In this document: in pieces, positions 14,001 through 26,800 of the stretch
Numbering within the stretch: the first letter of the stretch is position 1
Layout of the letters: each line of letters starts with the position of its first letter
Assembly: GCA_003344405.1 (NCBI GenBank)
Contig: NOWV01000010.1
Span: 620,001-684,000 of the forward strand
Length of the DNA: 64,000 nucleotides
Origin: Trichoplax sp. H2
Taxonomy: Eukaryota
Reading direction: 5' to 3'
Notes under the pieces: generated by a model
The model's input: only the letters and a program-made list of their open reading frames with translations
Database searches by the model: none
Told to the model about the DNA's origin: nothing
Made by a program: the position numbers and the translations under genes

Positions 14001-16004
14001 GATCTTGCTTACTATCATATATAATATATTACACACGCAATTGTTAGTAAAATTTTAGCTGTAATGTACTATCACTTAAAATTAGAACTTTAGAGTAACA
14101 TAGTGATGATAAAAGAATCTTACTCTATCAGGAGTCAAACGTGCTCTTCCATCCGAGGCTTGTAGCAATAAACGAACTGGGTCAAGACCACCGCTCGTCC
14201 TGGATGAGGCAACGTGGAGGGGTAGCTGTTTTAACGGCTACATATCGTTCAATATAAAGATGAGCGGATATTAATTTCGAGGGTTATTTCCAATACATCA
14301 CCATATTCTTCTAACATTCCGAACAGGCTTATATACGTTTCAAAACAATGTCCTGATAGAACTCTCGAAATTAATTCGACAAATGCTTTTCATTAAGTTT
14401 ACTTACACCACCAGCGAGATCTGGCTGTACATTTTTCAAAAAGATCCTAACAATATCAGCACTACCTCCGGTTGCAGCAAAATGCATAACATTGCAACCA
14501 TCCTAAAATGAGATTCAAGGTATAAAAGCGAATTTTAAGAAGGCAATTGTATCTTTATAGATCAATAAATGATATCGTTGCCTTACTAAGTAATGACTAC
14601 TCAGCTATAATGAATTTAAAACTGAATAATTAGCTATGTTATTGCACTTTTGCAACTTGATGGTCTTAAGCATGTATAATATATGGCCATCATATTAAAA
14701 TATTGTATCATCGGTATACTGAGATGTATTGGCACTGTGCTAGGTTGGAGCTAAGCAGGAGTTAGTCTTCTAATTGGATAGATATACTGAGAGCTACATA
14801 ATGAGCAATTGCATGAAATGAAGCCAAGGCTAAAATTGCTCATCTAGTGAATCTACTCACATCATCAATTTCATTTTACTACACGGTATATTCTAAAAAT
14901 TTTACCATACCATAGTATTTAAGCTGTCGACTGCTATGTATATGATATCACTGTACGATTAATTTGAAACTCAGTTAAACTGCTCCGTGCTAGATAATTG
15001 ATAGAATAATTTTATAATATCATCGATCTTTCCATAGTACTTCACTTATAAAAGTACACACTGTCAAGACTATACAGTAATTCAATTCGATTCTACCGGA
15101 GACTATTTTTACATTATTTTATACATAATTATATTTCTTCAACGCTTTTGCCAAATTGAATTTCTCCACTTACTCGTGTAACATCATTAGGTGAACATCC
15201 TAAATCAAGCAGGCGTTCAACGACATTAATTTTATTATCTTGAGCTGCCAACATTAAAATAGTGACTCCACTATCCTGTATTAATAAAGAAAACAAGCGA
15301 GAGGGATTAAGAAAGAGATAAACCAAGTCTATTATGTCCTCAATTATTCTTATTCCTCTTAAAATCATTCGAAATTATCAATTAAACTACTAATTAATAG
15401 ATTAAAACTTTAAGAATTTAGTGAATTGCTTCGTTCATTATAAAATTTCAATAAAAAAATACAAATAGAATAGTAAATTATAGTGTTAGCGTTCCATTTC
15501 CGTCAGCATAAAAAGCGGATAAACGATTACATAGTGCATACGATATCTTGTATATTGGTACTAGCTAACAGACATTAATAAGCATAATTTGAAGTTATTT
15601 TTACAACTTGAATCCATTTTAAATATATTCCACTGATTAAATTTCATATAGGAAAAGCTTCCAAAATGAATTAAGAGTCAATTTGTAAAAGATTTTAATT
15701 AATTTTATGATGTGCGTTGATAAGTATAATCGAAAATTAATTTTATAGCATGGCTCCGTTTTAAGATATTCAACTAGTTGAATTTCATATTGCAATAGTT
15801 TTCAAAATGAACAATCTACTAGTAAAAGATTTATATCAGTTTCACGAGCCATTCATTGAAATTTTGGATTATAACTTACATCAATCGGCTGTTGTAGATC
15901 TTTAACATCACTTGATTCATTTTCATAATCGCTTCGCAGAATGGAATCAACAGCAGCCCAATCCCCTTTCTGTGCTGCAGCAGCTATTCTAGACATGATT
16001 GCCT
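5079..16004 (-). CDS. TRPN1: TRPN/NompC mechanosensitive TRP channel: 29 ankyrin repeats, 6 TM segments and TRP box. Start uncertain: Met at 15996 or further upstream exons such as 16153-16187
   Basis: Terminal exon 6737-5079 encodes the TM region, pore FELLFFSLFG, S6 IIVLINLLIAMMSDTYQRI and TRP box EWKFGRAKLI. About 27 upstream exons encode ankyrin repeats resembling NompC (DGSTMMHIASKHGHPETALLFLKKGVPLQLPNK; DNFTALHCAV...LLGFGADVHLAGG; RTCLHYAASNGHYETVALLISQGADI). The N-terminal exon has AAQKGDW. Confidence 0.95.
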
Positions 16005-17507
16005 CTAAGGGAACATAACAAAAATTGTAAGTTGATAATTGATTTTATCCAACTACATGTAAATTGACAGCTGTAAATGGACTCTTGTATTATTTAAAGG
16101 TTATACCGCGATTTTTCTTTCCGTTAGTAGTGAAATCAAAATATATCCGTACGTTGTTTTGATTTATCAAAAATTGCAAATTTTATTCTATAACCAGAAG
16201 AAAATAAAGCAAAAGATGCCTTTTAATAATTACTTTTAATATTCAATCTTGCCTATAGAATAGATAGTGCAATCTTTAAAGTGTAATACAAGCATTAATT
16301 GCTCTGTTAGATGATGAGAACTATGTTCAAGATTGCTGTAGCAGAAAGCGGAAAATCCAGTAAACAAATTTTCTCTTAGACTAAACTGTAGGCATAAGAA
16401 TTGGCCATAAGCCGCACAAAATAATTTGCAAGCAACTGAAATGAGCACCGAATGAGGTTAAAAAATCGATAAACTTTCATTGGCTATCAAAGGATTCGAC
16501 ATGGGTATGGGGTATCTATCCTCATTTTTGAATGTGAAAAGTCTTTTTACTTGAGAATTCCTTCAATTTTTCCTGTAAATACTTAATATAAAGGGCTCAT
16601 ATGATAGGCAGATTATCATGACCTGACATTCACTTTAAGGTAAAGCAAAGAAAAATTGCTAAAGCATAAAGAGGGCAAAGTAGCGAGATAGTAAATCCCA
16701 ATATGCTAAAACATTAGCTGCTGCAATATGCAAAAGCAACATTGTGCTCAGTATTCATTTTACCAAAATTGAATAGGATAATGTCAGCAGTTAGAGTAAA
16801 CGGAAGCAAGTAGGAAATGCCAACATCCATTTTTACTCATTGTATGTATATAGACAATAGTAATGAATTAAAATCAAGGTTAATTTATACATCAAATCTA
16901 GATATTTTTTGATATAATAACTGATTTGATAGGATAGTTTAATTTAGCTAGTGTTAATAGTTTTACCTTTTCAGATGTAATTAGTCCCTTACCTTGGCTA
17001 ATTAGGCCTACACGTATAGAACTGTTTGTTGCAATTTTAAATTCAATTAACTGTTGTATAAAGCTCTCTATAAGAATTTAAATCATAAGATAGTTTTAAT
17101 TACGGCTAAAATTTGTTTCTTCTTTAGTAACAGATTTTAATAACAGAACGCTTGGATTAAACATGAAACAAGGTTACTGTTAGTATTCCTAGCGACTGCA
17201 TTTTGTTCATAAAATTGGCCTCAAATGGAGCTTATATATGTCATATACACTGAATAATAAAGTAGAACCATGTAAACCAGATTAAAAATTTTTCATTTTA
17301 TTTCAAAATTGTTAGCGAGGGTATTGGAACGAATAGAACTCTGTCGATGTGAAAAAAGTGATTAATAAAACAAGTAGGAATTTTGTTTTCGTCATTACCA
17401 GATCTACCGTATTGGAAGAGTTACTTAGATACCATTCTAAATGTTTTCTATAGTGAATTGGAAGCAGGGATATGCGATCATCTTTAAGAGATTTTTAAAA
17501 CCACGAA

Positions 17508-17797
17508 AATTTTATCATTGTCGGAAAAGCGACAACGAAGGAAAATGTATTGATTGAAGACTGTCTATCTGTGAATATTTTAAAGACCTTAAGATATACT
17601 TATGACGGATAAGTTTTATCATTGGTTGGAAAGTAATGACGAAGGAGAAAAATATTAATTAATTAAAGACAGTTTATCCGCAAATTTTTTAATGGCCTTA
17701 TACATATTGATAACTCATACAAATCTTATCCTTGATTGAAAAGAAGCAACGAAGGAAATAATATCGATTAAGGGTTGTTTATCCATGAATTTTTCAA
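17508..17797. repeat. Diverged tandem repeat, about 3 copies of ~105-110 bp
   Basis: Anchor ACGAAGGA at 17535, 17639 and 17749, each preceded by TTATCMTTG and followed by a TAT(C)...AAT.TTTT-like segment. Confidence 0.75.
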
Positions 17798-18732
17798 AAA
17801 ATTGTTTTGAGAAATAAGGTTTTAATGGTATTATTTGCATTCTAAGCTATTGAAACGCCTCATTACAACTATTAACTACGACTCTACACCGGAATAACAA
17901 TAAATTTTGTCAATAATTATTTGAAAATCGATAACTGTCTTCAATTAAATTTACTTAGGATGTCCTTATGGTCGAGGATGATATCATTTATTATCCACTG
18001 TAACTATTAATTACATGTAAACACCGGTAGTATAATGTTTATTAATTATAAACTTCTTTCACGGCGATGTCTGGATAAATAAATTTCTTTGACTTAACTT
18101 TTCTAATCCCACTTCATACACTGCAAAAATGTCTTACTATCGCTAATCATTGCCTTTGAGTATTTGTAGAATACTTTTCGCAGACAGCGTGATTTTAAAG
18201 TTTTTAACACGTCCTTATAATCTAAACGGATGTCATTATTATCAATTTCAGCAATTAAATTGCCCCTAACCACTGATATTGTCTTTTTATAATGAATGCT
18301 ACGTCCATTAACTACAGTAAAACATCATTGTTCCATTTCTCAGTATTAGCTTGAAAGGAAATTGATGTACGATTTTCAACTCCTTTAAGATGCCTTTATA
18401 GGCTACTCTTATCAACTTTATGCATTAAATTAACGTTTAGTATTTGCAGATTTCTGTAGACTATCAAAGTTACTTTTTGCAATTTCTTCGACTTAATTTC
18501 CTATCGTTGACTGTATTAGTAATGCAAGATATCCTGTTATATTATTGGTAGGCATGGAATGAGCTATGATAGAGTGCCAGCGTAGTAACGAGATTTCTCA
18601 GTAGTGTTTAATTAAAAGATAGAAATGGACAGTGATTTTCAATTTCTGATTGATCAAGATATCAGTATTATCAAACGGAAAGAATCATACTGTATTATAT
18701 AAGTGCCAGCTGAATAAGGCACAACAATAAAG

Positions 18733-18791
18733 TTTTCAAAGACAGCTTTGAAAACCCATTTTCAAAGACAGCTTTGAAAACCCATTTTCAA
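18733..18791. repeat. Perfect 26-bp tandem duplication (2.3 copies) of a hairpin unit
   Basis: TTTTCAAAGACAGCTTTGAAAACCCA at 18733-18758 and 18759-18784, plus TTTTCAA. Each unit contains the 9-bp inverted repeat TTTTCAAAG/CTTTGAAAA. Confidence 0.95.
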
Positions 18792-19160
18792 CCGATTATT
18801 TATCTTATCGAAATCTTCCTGAATCATGGAATTAGATACCTATCAACCCCTTAGCATATTTGTCTATTGGGCGTCTTAACCGTAGAATTTTTCGATTATT
18901 TCTTGAACGAGATGAAACATACTTTGACCTTCAACTTTCTCAAAGTATTTCCCACATTGACTCCTTCATTCTCAGAGATAATTCATTAGAAAGCGTAAAT
19001 GTTGATAAAACGAGTTGTACGAGGAGGTATACGTTATAATCATTGCAAGTTTTGCGACGCGAATAAATCAGAAAAATCTCGAAATGGTTACAACCTTATG
19101 ACGGTAACTTAGATCATAACTCCAAGAAAGAATTTTGTTCCTGAATTGACTAATAGAAGT

Positions 19161-19349
19161 ATCGTTTCGTAGCAATAATGATGTATTCTTAAATTTACTC
19201 CTGGTATAGTATTATAGACTACTTTGACGAGAATCTAGAAGCGTTAAATCAAAAATCGCTGTAGCAAACTTAAAAATGAATGAAAGCATACTTAATTTTA
19301 CTCTTTTTATAGTCTCGTAGACTAATTTGGCGAAAGCCTAGAAGCGTTT
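19161..19349. repeat. Diverged direct duplication, ~103-bp period
   Basis: CTTAA(A/T)TTTACTC...ATAGT...TAGACTA.TTTG.CGA...CTAGAAGCGTT starts at 19188 and 19291. Confidence 0.75.
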
Positions 19350-22300
19350 AGGTACAGTGTAATAATTACTCATATTCATTCCTCAATCATTCCTGTTTTA
19401 AATGGAAAATTACGGTAGTATACTTCAAAATTAATGAAAATAGAGTAATATTTCATGAATCATATGATATTTCCTTTCGCTGTGCGTTGAAAATTTTTCT
19501 TTCTTAATCGTTGAAACCTCTATCGCTAGGGGTCAAAATTAGATACATAGACTTATGGATTGGCTAAAAATAGACGATTTCAGATTTCAACGAGACATTT
19601 AATGATCTCTTGATATTTTAAGGAGCCTAAGCTCGTATATTACAAGTGTTAATTGGAACTATGGGCTTTGGGAGGTACAAAATAGAAAAGGATTCATTGA
19701 ACTATGATCAAATTAATTATTTTGTACGTCTATTCCTTCGAAAAAAATTCCTTGACAGACTGTCGGAAAGTAGCAAAATGACTCCGCAAATCTGCTTCCA
19801 AGTATTTCAATATTTTCAATAGAATTGACACAGTAATGGAATGTTACTGATCTTAGGGTTAAATTAGATCGCCTGCCGATATCCCTCTGAAAGAATTGAT
19901 CTTCGATAACTTTGAATGACTCCAGGGAAGTATCATAATTCTCTACTAAAGGGCTTCAAAATATCCGTTCAAACAATATCCGTATGTAAGTTTATCGATT
20001 TTTTAACATTTACTTTTAAAAGGGATAATGGGCGCGATAAGTTGAAAAGCATTGGATCAAAATGTGATAGTTTAAGGCATCCCTACGCAAACACACTACT
20101 GTTGAAAGTTGATCCGTTACACATGAAAGAATTGAAGTAATTAACAGAAATTGTTCTATTGAAAGTTGTCGTCATTCCTGACTTAGTAACAGATTGAGAA
20201 AGGCCGAAAAGGCATATATTCTACAACTAGTAGGCAGAATTTACATGGAAGATTGTTATATCTACTTTGTAACTGAAAGTATCTTATTTAAAGTAAATGT
20301 TCTACGTGTGGTTGCCTATCAACTAGAAAAACAAAATTAACTCGAAAAGACAACAGCTTTATCAGTAAATGAAATAATTCATTTGTAAATCATTTCAGAT
20401 ACTTCATAAATCATTTATATACATTAAAACTACAAAGATTCTCTACGGATAATGAATCTAGCAATAAATCACAGGTGGAATAATACATGATATTCAAGGC
20501 ATAAGGAATCAAAATTTTGCTTGACAAATAACGATGGTAATGTATTGAGTATAAGCAAATATTTCATTTTTCTATATTATAATGATTAAAAGGGATGATC
20601 AACGTGACTATTCAATTTCTTAGTTACGCCATATCAAGAGACTCAATGCAATAGGTAAGAATAAATCTAGTAGGACAAAGCTTAAAATCAATAGTTATAA
20701 CGTTAAAGTTAATTGCAGTTAAAAGAATAACCATCTTATTCGTTTGAAGAATTTTTCTCTTCTGTAGCATGACTGCAATTAACAATGGATACTGCAAGCA
20801 TAACAGCTATCCATTAAAAGACGACAGAATGTCAGTGGATATAATTTTAGTAACTTACATGGTGGACTTTACAGCTTAGGAAAATTGATTTTCGATGTAA
20901 TCGATGAAGGAAGATTAGGTATCTTAATATGATCAATTATAATATCGAGGAAAGTCGTTGATAGTAACCAATTTAAAAAAAATTACTTGTTTTTTTAGCA
21001 TATTACAGCTAAACCAACGATAGATAGGATGCTTTCTTACTGACAATCGCTTAATAAAATGCTTTATTATCGTTTGTACTAGTGGGTAAAAAGGCTATTC
21101 TGTCTTTTTATCTGTCTAGTCTGCAATAACAATATTCATGGTACGTAGTAGCCTTGGATCTTACTTAAAAGAACTTATCGACGTTATATTTGCTTTCTAC
21201 TCAAATTAATCAGCATAAAGTAATTTCATGATAACCTATCACTATCACAGACTGATTTGGGTTACCTTATATTTCTCGAACTTTCTTACTTGAAGCATTC
21301 TATTCAATCCTGACTGATTATCATGACAGTTTAAATCCAACACTTTTTTTTCAGTCGATGTTTACTTTTATTGATGATCTTGCCTACTTAGTAACATTAA
21401 CAAAGCAATGGATCATAATTAAACAATGAGCTAAGCAATTCTATACCTTTTTGTCAATGATTTATTATGCCCATTTCATATGGAAATGAGCTAATCTATT
21501 CAATCAATTTGCTTGTTACTTAGAGACAATTTAGATTATACAAAAGTTCTTGACGAGGAGGGATTGAACTTTGAATAACCACAGTGCATCAATACGCTGT
21601 TAAATCAACAACTAGATAAAAAATTTCCGCCACTTAATAATAACACTTTACCATCGACTGTTAATATACGACGGGTATAGGTTATACAGTATTTTAGCTT
21701 AGATTGGAGGCTTTGATCTAATCTGTTGACTACATCTGTTAATCAGTGATAATAAAAGCAGAGTTAATACTAGTGGTTGATATCTACCTCATATATCACG
21801 TCTTGGGCTGTATTATATTTTCTCAGTGGTAATAGATAGATTTTAGAAATGATCGCACATTACGGTTTATGACTGAATTAACAAATAATAATATTAAGGG
21901 AAGGAAGGATACTTGGTTTATTATTCATCACTAATAAACCACTTTATGACCTAATCTGAGATTGATACGTAGATCAATTTGCGAATAAAATACTTGTTAC
22001 CAATTCACACGTATACTGTAGATTTAATACCACACGATGGTTTTCAACCTGATAGTAAAATTTGTCATCGTGTAATTATATAGTGTACCGAATTAGGATC
22101 TTGATCAGATTCGATAATTAAATTGGTCTATAGAGTAAGATTACTTGCAATCAAATTTTGCCTGCATACTTTAGATTCAGTAACTATAGTAGATTATAGT
22201 TTTGCACTGATATCTTATCATATTTTACATCAGATAGATGCTTGATCTTAGTGATTGGTCCCCTACGGTAAATTATAAGCGTAAAATTACTATCTAAGTC

Positions 22301-22972
22301 AAATCTCCTATCTTATTCAATTTAGATTACATTGCTCTTTATCAGCTTATGTCCTCACTTTTAATATTGATGTTAGAGAGGATGATTTTATGCTTGATTT
22401 ATCCTCTGTACATATATGTTAATAGGCATATAGCATGTACATTGTAGACTTATTATCCAACATTACGTAGTAAGCTGAATTGTTATCTTAATAAGATTTG
22501 ACACCTGGATTAGCTTGAGGTCAAATTACTTATCATCGGTCTATATTCGAAATGCAATAAATATGTCAGCTGATATAAGACTGAAGCATTATTTTGTGAA
22601 AACAAATTTTTAATAATATTTCATATTTAGTTAACGTTATTACAATAGAATAATATGGAGTAATTATATTGTATAATCTATGATCATTTTCACATGATTT
22701 TAATGAACCGTTAAATACAGTGTATGAGAATAAATATATAGTATGACACTTATACTATTTGCACTATAATGAATTAAAGCAATTTATGGGTCTATGTAAA
22801 AAATGATTGATACGAGCTACGCGTATTACAAATTCGGTAACTCATTCAAAAGTCTACATCAGCCATTATATTATCAGAAAATATCAGTGCAAGGCTCTAA
22901 AAGGGGATGGGAAAGATTTTAACAGATAGCTATATGAATCTATCTACGATTTATATTAAGGCATTACTTTCC

Positions 22973-23038
22973 CTTATCATGGTAACGTAAAGACTGTTCC
23001 ACACCTACACCGTAAAAGGATAACATCACCATGGCTAC
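22973..23038. promoter_or_regulatory. Two imperfect RFX X-box-like palindromes, possible distal TRPN promoter or enhancer
   Basis: CTTATCATGGTAAC (22973-22986) and ATCACCATGGCTAC (23025-23038), each 1-2 mismatches from the X-box consensus. Confidence 0.3.
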
Positions 23039-23865
23039 CACAGAATGTTTCTGACAGTTGCGTTGCAATCAACGCAAGAATCCATTCCCTGCCATAAGCC
23101 TGATATCTAACTTTTTCAGAATACTCCACATAATATACGTATTGGATGTCATAAAACTAATTAAAGATTGATGTGCGGCATATGTTTATAGTAACTACTT
23201 CATCAGTTTTAAATCAATCTCTAAGAATGATTATAATCATGAGAAATCAGTAAATTAACATTAATAGGATCAAGATAAGAAGTTAAAGATACTTTATTAA
23301 TAAAGACTGACGCAGTACTTTTAAGCATAATGTAAAAAGAAACAAAATGCACTACTTACAAATACAACTCATAACATCAGATTTGAACAAAGTGAGTCGT
23401 TACTGCAATTTGCGCAAGAGTACGTTAGATGCATCATGAAAAAACATGAAACAAGAGAAATGGATTAACACACGTATGGTTCACATCCGTAATACTCGTA
23501 GCCCCTTTAATTCTTTTACAGCAAAAATTATTGCCATAATATAAATTGATTAAATGCACAACACACTGCAGCATTTAGAACATTATCATACAGTAACATT
23601 ATCTATAATCATAAAATGTTGGATTTAAAAGCAAAGATAATTAATCAATTTTTCAACATAGTTTTTCTAAGGGCCAGTAGCGGTTCATATGCTATAATTT
23701 AGCACAATACAGTACTTAAGATACTTACTACACAAATTAGATCGGACTTTGATACCAATTATTGTAAAATTTTTCAGTTATGTTAGAAATAGTATTAGAA
23801 TACCTATAATTCTTGTTATCACATGAGTATTAAATATTCTGTCCAAGTAGTATAAGTTTTTGCCT

Positions 23866-26800
23866 TTACTTTGAACGCTTCCGCTTATGTTGATGGTCAC
23901 CTATAGCGTTTAAATCAAACAAAATCATTTCGTTATTATAGTCGCGTTGCCGTCAAATATTTAATTATAGTCTATTATTCTACCCATAAAGCTCATATAT
24001 TTATAGTTTATAGCAAACTTTTATAAATTCGTACACTGATGATGGCATATTATTCACTAGGTGGTATTCGACGCAGCATCCTTCTCCCTCGGCCGGCAAA
24101 TGAAGTTGTTCGCGCAGGCTGCGAGGCTGCTGTTTACATCAAGCAGATAAAATAAAAAAAAAGGTTAAAATTATTTACGATAGACCTAATTACACTTGCA
24201 AAAGTACACTTCCTTACAAAGAATCAAAGAAATTCTTATTAACCTGTCGTTGTAGTTACAACGCTAGTGCTTTCAGGTACAGTACTTGTAGTCGCTGCAG
24301 AACTTGAATCCATGGAAATTGGTCTATCATCTTAAAAAGTATATTTACATATTTAGAATCTCTACGTACTAACACAATCTAGAGTAAAAAATGTAGCTAT
24401 CCACAATCAATGATACCTTCAGTGCTCTGTTCACTTCGTTCAGGCGAGTCCGGTAGATCTGAGATAGCAGTAGCGACGCTCTCTTGATTTTCAACAATTT
24501 CATGAGGTGTATTGGTACCATCATCGCCACTGTCATTATCTTCTATTACTACGACATTGTCTGGTGATACAGTATAATTTGTAGTAACTTCCTCACTTAC
24601 AGGTTCTGAGATTATAGTATAGAGAATTACATTTAACTACAGTACAAAGTCAATAACAATCACGGAATCTAGTAATTTTATGTATGAAGTTCATCGTACT
24701 GTGCAAAAGATCTCTATTTTCTTCATCTGCAAAATCTACATCGTGATGGTAAGCTTCATCGACGCTCTGAGCGCTGTTAAAAAGTTTTAAAAAATTACCG
24801 ACGCTCATATCATAGAAATTTATACAATAATTTTCGTATGGATAATATCAGATCAATAACTTACGGTACACTGCATGATTGTGAAACGGCATTATCAATA
24901 TCAACCGTCATATCCATAGTATCCGATATAACCTCTTCACAAGGTCGGACAATCAACTCTTCGTCTCCATGCGTTGCTACTAAACCCAACAAGTAAGTAA
25001 TTCTTTAACGTCATGACAATATTAAGTACTGCACTTTGAAATAGTACGTATCCTAAATTTATACTATCCCACTCTCAATCACCTGCTTCATCAATGATAT
25101 CAAATACATTTCCATCGTCAACAGATAAAAGAGCAGTAGGTACATCCGGTTGTGCAAGGAAAATTTCTTCATCAGTTGTTTTCCTTATATCACTGTTACT
25201 GGTTTCTGCCGATAAATCAATCCTTGTATCATCCACGCATAATCCTGCGATTTTCATATGACATCAAAATTTCAGGGTTAACTTCATTTAAAAATTCTAC
25301 TTAATTTCACTACGGTACGAATCATAGTTATTCAAGTTAAATAGTAAATATATTTTACCAGCTGACGTGTGTGAAACAACATCTTCTAAAGCACTAGGCT
25401 GAATATCAGGTACACTTGGATATTGTTCAGACTGCGCAAAGGAAAATTCATCTCGTTGGGTATTGGGTGAACTAAAGGCAGATTTACGAAATAATTAGGC
25501 TTGTAGTATTTTGCAATAATTCTTAAAACATCAGACATGATCTTGAAAAGATTATCAAATAGTCTTATAGAATAATTCCAACCTAACTGCTTCAGCAAAA
25601 GTTTCAGAGGGACGTGGTATAAGTAATGTGGGAGTGCTTGGCACTCTACAATCATCAGATTCGTCGTAAGTTCCGGAAGGATGCTAACATTCAAATGTAA
25701 GGAATAGTTAGTATCTCAAAGTTCTTCAGTGATGCAACAACAGTTTAAAATATTTACCTGCATGCTTGCAAAGTGAATCGGCGTAAAAGGTGTTTGACGC
25801 CTACTATGTTAATTTAAATAGTTAGAAGTCGTGGCTTATCGTACAAGTCATTTATAAATTACCTTCTAGAAGTAACATTAGAAACTTCGATGTCGTTCTC
25901 CTCTCTTCCTATATTTTGATCCTGTGACTCGCTCGAAATTGGCTAGGGAAATTCATATTTATTATGGATCTGCGATTACAGCAAAATAATTATCAAATAA
26001 CACAATTTTTACTTGATCAGATTCTAAAATTTCTCCTTCTTCTATCTCATGACTTGAATCTTCCGCTATTACAACAGCATCACTGGCTTTGGGCTGTTCC
26101 CCCGATAGGTCTTCTGATCCAGTAGAAATCTCTTGCGTACTTTCCTGGGTCACTTCAGAACTTTGCTCACCTGTTACAGCCGAATCTGTATCTTTATGTC
26201 ATTGTAGGATAGGCATAGTTAAATATGAGATTTTTGTATATGTTTCTAACCATAAATTAACTATTTTACCTATTGTTTCCTTAGGTTCAGAATCGTCAAT
26301 CTAATGCAAGTTTCAACGCAGAAATAAAAAATTATCATTTACAACAAGAAATTAATTGCAAACCAACAACGGTATCATACAAAGCCTTACTTTCTGCTTT
26401 TTACTATTCGGAGTTTCGTCAGTTTCAACCTCAGTTGTAGCAATATCCGTAGTTTGAGGTTCGTTTGTGCGAGTTCTCTTTAAATTTGTTTGAGCTACAT
26501 TTTTACTGTGCAATTCCTCTGATATAGATTGTTCATGGCTTTCTGATTTAGCATTATCATCAGAATAGGCAGTACTTTCGTTGATATTTGTTGTATTAAG
26601 AGGCTCTTGTGTCTTAACTGAGACGTTAATAGACACAGTTTGCATAGCTTTCGCTCGCGATTCTCCAGTTTTAAGACTGTTATTAGACGAGCTAACAGGC
26701 ACTGCCTCAGCAGCACTAGTAGAAGCAATTGGGGCTCTAGCTATATCGAGAGCCGCAGGGTTAACAAATGCAGACTTCTTCACTGACGAATTTGAAATCA

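Noticed and set aside
14801-14843. 10-bp inverted repeat ATGAGCAATT/AATTGCTCAT in a TRPN intron
   Set aside because: A single short AT-rich stem, plausible by chance in 64 kb.
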